NCBI GenBank assembly: GCA_002841395.1
Contig: PGZM01000002.1
Coordinates: 68,201-132,200 of the forward strand
Reading direction: 5' to 3'
From: Firmicutes bacterium HGW-Firmicutes-9
Lineage (GTDB): Bacteria > Bacillota > Clostridia > Christensenellales > CAG-138
Length of the DNA: 64,000 bases
Shown: piece by piece, positions 56,070 through 64,000 of the stretch
Layout: each line of letters opens with the position of its first letter
Position numbering within the stretch: the first letter of the stretch is position 1
Made by a program: the position numbers and the translations under genes
Notes under the pieces: generated by a model
Told to the model about the DNA's origin: nothing
Seen by the model: the letters and a program-made list of their open reading frames with translations, nothing else
The model's database searches: none

Positions 56070-56797
56070 AGTGCGTCACCCTCCTCAAACCGGATCAGGA
56101 TGACGGTGATGTTATCAGTTCCGCCGTTGTCGAGCGCGAGCTGTGTCAGCACGTCGCACATGCTGTCCAGCGAGCGGCCGGAGGAGAGCACGGAGATGAT
56201 GTCTTCCTCTTCCACCGCGCCATGCAAGCCGTCCGAGCAGAGCATAAGGATATCGCCGGGCACCCAAAGGCGTTCAAACAGATCGACGTCCACATCGGGA
56301 GAAACGCCCATCGCGCGGGTGATGATATTCCGCTGTGGGTGCACGCGCGCTTCGTCTTTGGAAATTGCGCCAGCAAGCACGAGCTGTTCAACAAGAGAAT
56401 GGTCTGTGGTGACCGTGTTGAGCGTTTTGTTGTGGTATTGATACATGCGGCTGTCGCCGACATTTGCCGCGATATAGTCTTTGCCGAGAATCAGCGCGGC
56501 GACCAGCGTGGAGCCCATGCCGCGCAGCGTGCGGTCCTTTTCAGCCGCGCGAAAGACGCTGTGATTTGCGTTTTCAATCGCTTCACGCAGTGCTTCCAGC
56601 TCGTGACCCGGTTCGATCTTGCTGTCAAATCCTGCAAGCTGTTCTACGATCAAACTGCTCGCAACGGAACCTGCGGCGTGCCCACCCATGCCGTCCGCAA
56701 CCGCGAACAGCAGCGGAAACTCGCTTTTGTCGGAGAGCAGATAGCTGTCCTCGTTATGGACACGCTTTCCGATATCAGTTTTCACCGCGAATTTCAT
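56066..56797 (-). CDS. stp: PP2C-family Ser/Thr phosphatase
   Basis: ORF trimmed to the ATG at 56797 after AGGAGG. KTDIGKRVHNEDS, DGMGGH, CSDGL and GGTDNITV motifs. Confidence 0.93.
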   Translation of the reverse strand: MKFAVKTDIGKRVHNEDSYLLSDKSEFPLLFAVADGMGGHAAGSVASSLIVEQLAGFDSKIEPGHELEALREAIENANHSVFRAAEKDRTLRGMGSTLVAALILGKDYIAANVGDSRMYQYHNKTLNTVTTDHSLVEQLVLAGAISKDEARVHPQRNIITRAMGVSPDVDVDLFERLWVPGDILMLCSDGLHGAVEEEDIISVLSSGRSLDSMCDVLTQLALDNGGTDNITVILIRFEEGDAL

Positions 56798-57824
56798 GTA
56801 GAATCCTCCTGCGCAGCTGACCGCATGCGCCTTCAATGTCCGTCCCCATTTCACGGCGGACGGTAGCCGAGATGTTCCGTTCCGTCAGCCACGCGCAGAA
56901 CTGGTCTGCTTCCTTGCGGCTTACGCCGGCAAGTCCGCGCTCCGGCACGGGGTTGAGGGGAATCAAGTTCACGTGGCAGAGTATGCCGCGCAGTTTTTTT
57001 GCAAGAGCCTCTGCGTCCGATAGCGACGCGTTAACGCCGCCGATGAGCGCATATTCAAACACGACGCGCCTGCCGGTCTTGTCCGCGTAGTTTTTCGCGG
57101 CGGCAATCACGCTGTCGATGGGGTAGACTTTGTTGATCGGCATCATGTTGGAGCGCGTCTCGTCGTCGTGCGCGTGCAGCGAGATCGAGAGCGTTACGTG
57201 CGGCGCGTCCTGCAAGAACTGCGCAATCTTTGGCACGATGCCGCAGGTAGAAACCGAGATGTTCCGCGGGCTGATGCGGAGCCCATCCTGCGCGGTCACA
57301 CGATTTAAAAACGCAACCACGTTGTCATAGTTATCCAGCGGTTCGCCGCTGCCCATCAGCACGATGTTGGTCACCGTGCGGTGTCCCGCTTCTTTTGCGG
57401 GTTCGTCGCGCTCTACGGCAAAGATCTGGCCGAGCATTTCGCCCGGACGAAGATCGCGCACGCAGCCGTCAAGCGTCGAAGCGCAGAATTTGCAGCCCAT
57501 GTTGCAGCCGATCTGCGTAGAAAGACACAACGTATTACCATAATGATATCGCATCAACACGCCTTCGACAAGGTTTTCATCCTCCAGGCGGAAGAGATAC
57601 TTCACCGTGCCGTCTTTTTCGGAGAACAGCTTTCGCTCGATTTCTACGCCACCGTAGGAGATCGCGGAGAGCTTCTCGCGCAATGCAGCGGGCAGATTTG
57701 TCATCTCCTGCGGACGCGCGCCGCGGTTGAGCCAGTCCCAAACCTGTCCCGCGCGATACTTCGGTTCGCCAAGCTCGGAGAGCAGACGTTCGATTTCAGG
57801 TTTCGTCAAATCTGCTAAATACAT
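56775..57824 (-). CDS. rlmN: 23S rRNA (adenine2503-C2)-methyltransferase, radical SAM
   Basis: ORF trimmed to the ATG at 57824 (MYLADLTKPEIERLL...YRAGQVWDWL). CNMGCKFC cluster motif. Confidence 0.95.
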   Translation of the reverse strand: MYLADLTKPEIERLLSELGEPKYRAGQVWDWLNRGARPQEMTNLPAALREKLSAISYGGVEIERKLFSEKDGTVKYLFRLEDENLVEGVLMRYHYGNTLCLSTQIGCNMGCKFCASTLDGCVRDLRPGEMLGQIFAVERDEPAKEAGHRTVTNIVLMGSGEPLDNYDNVVAFLNRVTAQDGLRISPRNISVSTCGIVPKIAQFLQDAPHVTLSISLHAHDDETRSNMMPINKVYPIDSVIAAAKNYADKTGRRVVFEYALIGGVNASLSDAEALAKKLRGILCHVNLIPLNPVPERGLAGVSRKEADQFCAWLTERNISATVRREMGTDIEGACGQLRRRILHEIRGEN

Positions 57825-59089
57825 CTTCTCATCCTCGCAATGTAAAATCCGTCGGTGTGGTGCACGTGCGGCAACAACTGAACTTGACCATCGTTCGCAA
57901 CGGAAATCGGTATCTCTTCGAGCACAAATTCTTTGTGCGCGTGTAAAAACGCATCTGTTTGCGCTTCGTTCTCTCTTTGTGAAATCGTACAGGTCGCGTA
58001 GACGAGTACGCCGCCGTGTTTCACGTATCGCGCGCATGCTTCCAGAATGTGTTTCTGAATTTCGACCAGTTCTGTGATGTCGCGATCGGACTTACTGTAG
58101 CGGATATCCGGCTTGTCGCCGAGAAGCCCCAGCCCACTGCAAGGTGCGTCAATCAACACGCCGTCGAAAGCGACTTCCAACGCGGGGTCAAACTCTGCCG
58201 CATCTTTGATGAATGTATCTGCCGCGACGTGCAACCGCGCAAGCGTCTTGTCGAGCAGTTCTTTGCGGTGCGGATGCAGCTCAAAGCAAGTAAGCTGAAT
58301 GTCGTTTTGTGAAAGGCTCGCGAGATATGCGCTCTTTCCGCCGGGCGCGGCACATGCGTCCAATACGCGTTTGCCGCGCATATCGCCGAGCGTGCGACAA
58401 GCGAGCATCGCGCTCTCGCCCATCACGGTAAACTTTCCTTCTAAAAAGAGCGGGTGGGAGGCGAGGTCAAACCCGCTCTCCAGTGAAAGCGAATTCTCAT
58501 CAAGAGAGTTGACCGTGCTCGCGACCGGCAGCGATTTTTGCAGTTCGTCGCGGGTGTAGGGATACTGCGCGCGCACCTCGATTGCGGATTGCGGACGGGA
58601 GAGCAACGCTTCTGTTTCAGCTTCACCAAAACGATTGACCCACTCGCGGACAATCCATTCCGGGTAGCTGTACTGAATCGAGAGCCGCGCAACAGGCTCG
58701 GAGGGAAACGGAGGGAGAGAGGCGCGGTTGCGATCGATGTTGCGCAGAACCGCGTTGACAAAGCCGCTCAAACCCGATTTTCCGACCTCTTTGGTGAGCG
58801 TGACGCTCTCGTTCAACGCCGCGTGCGCAGGCGTCGAGAGAAAAAGCAGCTCACACACGCCAAGCCGCAAGATGCCGCGGATAACGGGCTTTTGCGAACC
58901 TTTGACGAAGTGCGCGAGGTAATAGTCGATCGTGAGCAAATGGTCGAGCGTATGGTAAACGAGCGCGGCGGCCAATTTGGCCTCGCGCTCCAGCAGAGAC
59001 GACGTCAGTTGTTTGACGCGGAGGTTTGCATACGCCCCGCGATCCGTGATGTCGCAGAGCGCATCCAGCGCCTGTCTGCGTGTGTTCAA
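57815..59089 (-). CDS. rsmB: 16S rRNA (cytosine967-C5)-methyltransferase
   Basis: 424 aa. NusB-like N-terminus, DACAAPGGKS, DAPCSG. Confidence 0.93.
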   Translation of the reverse strand: MNTRRQALDALCDITDRGAYANLRVKQLTSSLLEREAKLAAALVYHTLDHLLTIDYYLAHFVKGSQKPVIRGILRLGVCELLFLSTPAHAALNESVTLTKEVGKSGLSGFVNAVLRNIDRNRASLPPFPSEPVARLSIQYSYPEWIVREWVNRFGEAETEALLSRPQSAIEVRAQYPYTRDELQKSLPVASTVNSLDENSLSLESGFDLASHPLFLEGKFTVMGESAMLACRTLGDMRGKRVLDACAAPGGKSAYLASLSQNDIQLTCFELHPHRKELLDKTLARLHVAADTFIKDAAEFDPALEVAFDGVLIDAPCSGLGLLGDKPDIRYSKSDRDITELVEIQKHILEACARYVKHGGVLVYATCTISQRENEAQTDAFLHAHKEFVLEEIPISVANDGQVQLLPHVHHTDGFYIARMRRCI

Positions 59090-60015
59090 ATGAGCACCTT
59101 TCCTTCCAGTGTCTTTCCGGCGAGATAGTCTTTTGCGGCTAAGCGTTTGCCGCCGGTCGCCTGTAATTCGAGAATCTCCAGCCAGCCGTCCGCGCAGCGG
59201 ACAAACAAGCCGGACTTCGCGCTTCCTTTTAATATACCAACAGGTTCATCGCCGACGGGCTGCTCCGTCTTGCGCGTTTTGTGAATCTTCAGCGGCACAT
59301 CGTCGAGCAGGGCAAATGCACCCGGCCAGGGGTTCGTGCCGCGCACGCGATTATGAACAGCAGTGGCGGTCTGCGAGAAATCGAGCTTGCCGTGTTCTTT
59401 TTTGAGCATGGGGCACTTGATTGCCTGCGCTTCATTCTGCGGGATGCGGACAAGCGTTCCTGCTTCCAGCGCGGATATCGTACGCCGGAGCGTTTCCGCG
59501 CCGAGCACCGCCATGCGCTCAAATAATTCGCCAGCAGTCTCGTCGGGATCGATCGTGAGCTTGTCAACAAGCAGGATATCGCCCGTGTCCATGCCGATGG
59601 CGGTCATCATGGTGGTGATGCCCGTTTCGGTTTCGCCGTCGATGATTGCCCATTGAATCGGCGCCGCTCCACGATACTTCGGCAGGAGCGATCCGTGCAC
59701 GTTGATGCAGCCGTATTTCGAGATTGCGAGGTTCTCGGCAGAGAGCAGCTGCCCGAATGCCGCCGTGATCATCAGATCCGGCGCGAATGCTTTGAGCGCG
59801 TCCACGCCTTCCGGCAGGCGAATCTTTTCAAATTGATAGACAGGGATGCCATGCTCCAGTGCATATGCTTTTGTCGGCGGAGGCGTTAGCGTCGCATGGC
59901 GGCCGACTGGGCGGTCTGGCTGCGTGAAAACCGCGAGCTCATGCCCGCTTTCTCGCAGCATCTCCAGCGACGGCAGCGCAAACTCCGGCGTGCCGAGAAA
60001 GGCAATCCTCATCAA
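59086..60015 (-). CDS. fmt: Methionyl-tRNA formyltransferase
   Basis: 309 aa: MRIAFLGTPEFA, NVHGSLLPKYRGAAPIQ. Confidence 0.95.
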   Translation of the reverse strand: MMRIAFLGTPEFALPSLEMLRESGHELAVFTQPDRPVGRHATLTPPPTKAYALEHGIPVYQFEKIRLPEGVDALKAFAPDLMITAAFGQLLSAENLAISKYGCINVHGSLLPKYRGAAPIQWAIIDGETETGITTMMTAIGMDTGDILLVDKLTIDPDETAGELFERMAVLGAETLRRTISALEAGTLVRIPQNEAQAIKCPMLKKEHGKLDFSQTATAVHNRVRGTNPWPGAFALLDDVPLKIHKTRKTEQPVGDEPVGILKGSAKSGLFVRCADGWLEILELQATGGKRLAAKDYLAGKTLEGKVLI

Positions 60016-60497
60016 ATGCTCTCCTCTTCCGCGGAATCGTCTTCAAAGTCCTCCGGCGGCTCGGTCTTCTTGGTCAGATACACGACGCCGTCGAGGTGAT
60101 CCAGCTCGTGTTGAACCGCGCGGGCATAAAAGCCGTTGGTGTCGTAGGTGTGCAGTTCGCCCTTGCGATCCTGCGCCTCGACCACGACGTGATCAGCGCG
60201 CTCGACATAGCCGCTCTGTCCCGGGAAGGACAGGCAACCCTCATAGCCGCCCTGACATCCCTCTGTCAGGATGATGCGCGGATTGACCATCTCAACGCGG
60301 CCTTCGCCTGCGTCAACGACGACCACACGCCTGAGAATCCCGACCTGCGGCGCGGCAAGGCCAGCGCCTTCCGCGGCGTCCATGGTCTCAAACATGTCGT
60401 CAATCAGGTCAGAAAGCCGTGCGTCGAACTTTTCGACGGGCTTACATACTTTATACAGGCACGGATCATCGTCCGTGCGAATGGTTCTCAATGCCAT
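60012..60497 (-). CDS. def: Peptide deformylase
   Basis: 161 aa: GAGLAAPQVG, EGCLS, HELDHL. Confidence 0.95.
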   Translation of the reverse strand: MALRTIRTDDDPCLYKVCKPVEKFDARLSDLIDDMFETMDAAEGAGLAAPQVGILRRVVVVDAGEGRVEMVNPRIILTEGCQGGYEGCLSFPGQSGYVERADHVVVEAQDRKGELHTYDTNGFYARAVQHELDHLDGVVYLTKKTEPPEDFEDDSAEEESI

Positions 60498-60527
60498 TGG
60501 GTAGTACCTCCTTTTGGTGCCATCAGT

Positions 60528-60556
60528 ATTGTACTAAAAACCGTGCGCTCTGTAAA
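60528..60556 (-). promoter_or_regulatory. Candidate promoter of the def operon
   Basis: The minus strand reads TTTACA-17 nt-TACAAT, about 30 nt upstream of the def ATG. Confidence 0.5.
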
Positions 60557-60567
60557 GAAAAGTGAGG

Positions 60568-60645
60568 GTTGAGCGAAATTCTATCTATGGTTGAGTTTCA
60601 TTTTGATGCAAATCATATAGTTGAGCGAAATTCTACTCACGGTTG
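60568..60645. repeat. Two 26-bp imperfect direct repeats (period 52 bp) in the def / HTH-gene divergent region
   Basis: GTTGAGCGAAATTCTATCTATGGTTG (60568-60593) and GTTGAGCGAAATTCTACTCACGGTTG (60620-60645). Confidence 0.8.
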
Positions 60646-60732
60646 GAAAGAATTTTCAAACTAGAAAAACAAGCTATGTTCAAGTTTTTCGCTTTGTGCC
60701 ATAATAAAGCCATGAAAGAGAGGGTCTAAATC

Positions 60733-61734
60733 ATGGAACAACAATCAATGGGAAAGCGCATCATGCAGCTGCGCAAAGAAAAAGGGTACACACAGGAACA
60801 GCTCGCCGAGATGATGGGGGTTTCGGCGCAGGCAGTCAGCAAATGGGAGAATGATGTGTCCTGTCCGGACATATCAATCCTCCCGATGCTGGCGGAAAAA
60901 CTTGGCGTAACGACCGATGAGCTACTCGGCGTGAAGCCGATCGAACCCAAGGTCGTTATCGTAGACGGTCAGAATAAAAAGGATGGCGACGGCTCGTTCT
61001 CTGTCTCGTGGGACGGCGGCAAGAGCACCAAGAAAGACGGAATCTGGTTCGCGGTGCTGATCATCGTGCTGGGCATGGCGTTTCTGGTACAGCGGCTCGG
61101 GTTTGTCTCCTTCGGCATCTGGGGCATCGTGTGGCCGGCGGTCATCATCGGCCTTGGTGTAAGCTGGATGATCAAGCGGTTCTCAATCTTCAGCCTCGCT
61201 GTTGCCGGAGTCGGCCTTTACTTCCTGCTCTACAATCTCGGTGCGACATCGTTTATGCTGACCTGGAGCGTCATCTGGCCCGGACTACTGGTTCTGCTTG
61301 GTCTGACGATTCTGTACGAAGCGCTCGTGCCGAACAAGCACAAGTTCTGCGGAATCAACTTCAGCGGCAACAAGGACAAGCGCAGCCAATACCGCGAAGA
61401 GAACGGTTTCGTGAGCTACGAATGCGCATTCTCCGAGGAGAACCGCAAAGTAGCTGCGGAAGACTTCCTCGGCGGAGACATCGAAATCTCCTTCGGCAAG
61501 AGCGAACTGGACCTGACCGCCATCAAGCGCGTGAATCAGAACGCTAGACTGGACGTCGATGTATCGTTTGCGACGTTTGACCTGATCGTGCCCAAGACGG
61601 TGCGCGTCTTCCTCAAGTCCGACAAAGCATTCGGTGCAATTCAGATGAATGGCGAACCGAATCCGGATGCATCAATGGCGATCAATGTCGATGGAGATGT
61701 TTCCTTCGGTACGATGAACATCTTCTACCGTTAA
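60733..61734 (+). CDS. XRE-family HTH regulator fused to a multi-TM region and a LiaF/DUF2154-like C-terminal domain
   Basis: 333 aa. N-terminal RIMQLRKEKGYTQEQLAEMMGVSAQAVSKWEND, four or five TM segments, and a beta-rich C-terminus. Confidence 0.8.
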   Translation: MEQQSMGKRIMQLRKEKGYTQEQLAEMMGVSAQAVSKWENDVSCPDISILPMLAEKLGVTTDELLGVKPIEPKVVIVDGQNKKDGDGSFSVSWDGGKSTKKDGIWFAVLIIVLGMAFLVQRLGFVSFGIWGIVWPAVIIGLGVSWMIKRFSIFSLAVAGVGLYFLLYNLGATSFMLTWSVIWPGLLVLLGLTILYEALVPNKHKFCGINFSGNKDKRSQYREENGFVSYECAFSEENRKVAAEDFLGGDIEISFGKSELDLTAIKRVNQNARLDVDVSFATFDLIVPKTVRVFLKSDKAFGAIQMNGEPNPDASMAINVDGDVSFGTMNIFYR

Positions 61735-61749
61735 TCAACTCAAACCAGC

Positions 61750-61786
61750 AAAACACCGTCCGGAAACATCCGGACGGTGTTTTTGA
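61750..61786. terminator. Bidirectional intrinsic terminator
   Basis: AAACACCGTCCGG-AAACAT-CCGGACGGTGTTT followed by TT. Confidence 0.85.
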
Positions 61787-61805
61787 TTGCGCTAATGGGA
61801 AACAA

Positions 61806-62576
61806 TTAACCTGCAATCACAAGATCATAGATCAGCCGAACGAACAGCAGGCTCAGCACGACGAGGATAAAGGGCTTTACGACCTTTACGCCGTTTTTAA
61901 GCAGCAGTCCCGCGCCGATGAAGTGACCCGCAATCGCGAATACGGCGGAAACCAACCCGATGGGAATGATTGCCTGTCCGTGCAGCAAAAACACGGTCAG
62001 GCTGCCGATATTGCTTGAAAGGTTTGCAATCTTTACGTTGCCCGCCGCAAGACGCAGCGGCATCTTTGCCAACTGCGTGTAGATGATCAGCAGAAATGTT
62101 CCTGTGCCGGGACCATAAAATCCGTCGTACATGCCGACGAACAACGCCGCAAGGCAGACGACGATCATCTGCCGTTTCCGGCTGACAGGTTCCAACGTTT
62201 CGGTGGAAAGATCGCGCTTTTTGAGCACGACGAACGCGAGCACGGGAACCAGCACGAGCATGATGTAGCGAATGGCGTTGTCGTCGATCGCGAGAATCAA
62301 CTTTGCGCCTGCGATGGAACCCAGCACCGCAAGTACTGCGGATGGGATTGCCGTCGGCCAGTCCACGCACTTGTTTTTGATGAAACGCGTGGTGGATGCG
62401 ATGGTTCCGATGCTGCTAGAGAGCTTGTTCGTCGCAATCGCGTTGTGCGGCGGCAGTCCAGCGATGAGATAGGCGGGCAGCGAGATCAGCCCGCCGCCGC
62501 CAGCCACCGCGTCGATGAGACCAGCGGCAAACACAAGCGGACAGATGATGAGCAGCGATAGAAGATAATCTGTCAT
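61806..62576 (-). CDS. TauE/SafE family sulfite/anion exporter
   Basis: 256 aa with about 8 TM segments and the GGGGLISLPAYL motif. Confidence 0.9.
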   Translation of the reverse strand: MTDYLLSLLIICPLVFAAGLIDAVAGGGGLISLPAYLIAGLPPHNAIATNKLSSSIGTIASTTRFIKNKCVDWPTAIPSAVLAVLGSIAGAKLILAIDDNAIRYIMLVLVPVLAFVVLKKRDLSTETLEPVSRKRQMIVVCLAALFVGMYDGFYGPGTGTFLLIIYTQLAKMPLRLAAGNVKIANLSSNIGSLTVFLLHGQAIIPIGLVSAVFAIAGHFIGAGLLLKNGVKVVKPFILVVLSLLFVRLIYDLVIAG

Positions 62577-62628
62577 GCGTGTTGTTTCTCCGCTTTTTTG
62601 TTATGCTTCGTTCTGTCGATCAATCGCT

Positions 62629-64000
62629 TCACTCCGTGGCGGTTTCCTGTTTCGCGCTGCCGAGGGATTCCACCGTGCGATCCTCGCAGAACTGCTGCGT
62701 ATAGAGGTCGTAATAGTAACCGCGCTGTTTGAGGAGTTCTTCATGCGTGCCGCTTTCCTGAATCTTGCCGTTGCGGATGACGAGGATGCGATCCGCGGTA
62801 CGGATGGTGGAGAGGCGGTGCGCGACGATGAAGCTCGTGCGGTTGTTCAGAATGTGCGTGATCGCGTTCTGAATCAGCTGCTCCGTCTCGGTATCGATGG
62901 AGCTTGTCGCCTCATCCAGCACGAAGATACGCGGGTTTTTCAGCACCACGCGCGCAAACGAGAGCAGCTGCTTCTGTCCGGTTGAGAGGCGTGCGCCGCT
63001 TTCGCCGATCTCGGTGTCGTAGCCCTGCTCCTGCTGGAGGATAAAAGGCTCCGCATGGACGAGCCGTGCGGCCTCCATGACCTCTTCGTCTGTCGCATCG
63101 GGTTTGCCGAAGCGGATGTTGTCCTTGATCGTGCCGGAGAAGAGATGCGGCGTTTGCAGCACGTAGCCGAGGCTCGACTGCAGCCAGAGCTGCGAGCGCT
63201 TTCGATAGTCGGTTCCATCGATGCGAATTTCACCTTCCGTCGGCTCATAGAATCGGCAGAGCAGGTTGACGATGGTGCTCTTGCCGGCTCCCGTTTCGCC
63301 GACGAGCGCGATGGTTTGTCCCGCTTTCACATCGAGTGAGAAGTCGTCCAGAACGCGTTCGCCGTTTTTATATTGGAATGTCACGTGGTCAAACGTGATG
63401 TTGCCCGTGATGGGTTCCCAGTTCTCCGTGTGCGGATGCATGATATCACCGTATTTCTGAATGATCTCATCGCTGTCTTTGATGTCGGGTTGCGTGTCCA
63501 TGAGGGAAACCACGCGCTCCGCCGAGGCCTGCGACCCAAGCATTTCGGCGAGGATGTTCGCGAGCTGCTGAATCGGGTCGAAGATCTGCGTGCAATACGA
63601 GATGAACGCAACCAGCGTGCCCGCCGTCAGAGCGCCGATGAACGCAGTTTCGGGGTTGAGCACACCCTGACCGCCGAGCGTGAGCGCGAGTCCCGTGCCG
63701 ACAGCGCCCAGCGACATGATGATCGGGAAGAACGAGGCGGAAACCAGCGCGCTCTTGATCGTCGCCTGTTTCATCTTGCCGGTGAGTTCGTTGAACTCGT
63801 TTGCGTTGGCTTCCTCGCGCACGAGCGTTTTGGTCGTCACAGCGCCCATGATGCCCTCGTTGAACGCGCCGGTGATGCGGGAGTTGAGCTTTCTCGATTC
63901 GCGCTGGTGCTTGAGCATCTTCTTTTGCAGCCTTACGCTGATGTAACCCAGCAGCGGCAGCACGGCAAGCGAAATCAACGCAAGCTTCCAAGAGAGCACG
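62629..64000 (-). CDS. ABC transporter ATP-binding/permease fusion protein (exporter type), 5' end beyond the window
   Basis: The C-terminal NBD has GETGAGKST, LSTGQKQLL and FVLDEA. The TM domain lies upstream. The ORF is open at the window edge. Confidence 0.9.
   Translation of the reverse strand, partial: VLSWKLALISLAVLPLLGYISVRLQKKMLKHQRESRKLNSRITGAFNEGIMGAVTTKTLVREEANANEFNELTGKMKQATIKSALVSASFFPIIMSLGAVGTGLALTLGGQGVLNPETAFIGALTAGTLVAFISYCTQIFDPIQQLANILAEMLGSQASAERVVSLMDTQPDIKDSDEIIQKYGDIMHPHTENWEPITGNITFDHVTFQYKNGERVLDDFSLDVKAGQTIALVGETGAGKSTIVNLLCRFYEPTEGEIRIDGTDYRKRSQLWLQSSLGYVLQTPHLFSGTIKDNIRFGKPDATDEEVMEAARLVHAEPFILQQEQGYDTEIGESGARLSTGQKQLLSFARVVLKNPRIFVLDEATSSIDTETEQLIQNAITHILNNRTSFIVAHRLSTIRTADRILVIRNGKIQESGTHEELLKQRGYYYDLYTQQFCEDRTVESLGSAKQETATE

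Noticed and set aside
56775-57824. Gene overlaps in the def-rpe operon (rlmN/stp 23 nt, rsmB/rlmN 10 nt, and the 4-nt ATGA-type overlaps) as something unusual.
   Set aside because: Short overlaps of this kind are normal translational coupling in compact Firmicute operons, and the order def-fmt-rsmB-rlmN-stp-prkC-rsgA-rpe is canonical.

Overview
This is a chromosomal segment from a high-GC, Clostridia-type Firmicute. The gene content and order resemble Oscillospiraceae/Ruminococcaceae, but that taxon call is inference only. I support about 60 protein genes, one tRNA-Leu(GAG), two apparent pseudogenes, one recognisable riboswitch-like leader, and many intrinsic terminators and near-consensus promoters. 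I saw no rRNA, CRISPR array, integrase, transposase, reverse transcriptase or restriction genes.

Core blocks:
- def-fmt-rsmB-rlmN-stp-prkC-rsgA-rpe (52.5-60.5 kb, minus strand)
- ecfA1-ecfA2-ecfT-truA-tadA (24.2-27.9 kb, minus strand)
- nifJ/PFOR (30.3-33.9 kb)
- a DeoR / PfkB kinase / GNAT / pgi / sugar-phosphate isomerase block (34.9-40.2 kb)
- pncB (44.1-45.5 kb)

Accessory-looking parts:
- an S24/XRE repressor divergent from yegP (1.9-3.2 kb)
- a YbaK-GNAT fusion followed by an orphan lysis-type cassette, made of a signal-less NlpC/P60 hydrolase and two holin-like proteins (9.7-12.5 kb)
- a P-type ATPase behind a yybP-ykoY-like leader, sharing a divergent promoter region with a methyltransferase that has a long structured attenuator leader (16.2-20.2 kb)
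- a visibly AT-richer mosaic segment just downstream of tRNA-Leu, with a 5'-truncated hydrolase and a frameshifted MBL hydrolase (45.8-51.4 kb)

I did not find a clear-cut, complete novel multi-gene system. The best leads are the unclassified attenuator/riboswitch-like leader at 19.17-19.37 kb, the YbaK-GNAT fusion, the orphan lysis cassette and the tRNA-Leu-adjacent mosaic. All family calls come from reading the translated ORFs from memory, with no database search. Coordinates of trimmed starts are my own choices based on RBS and homology-like N-termini.
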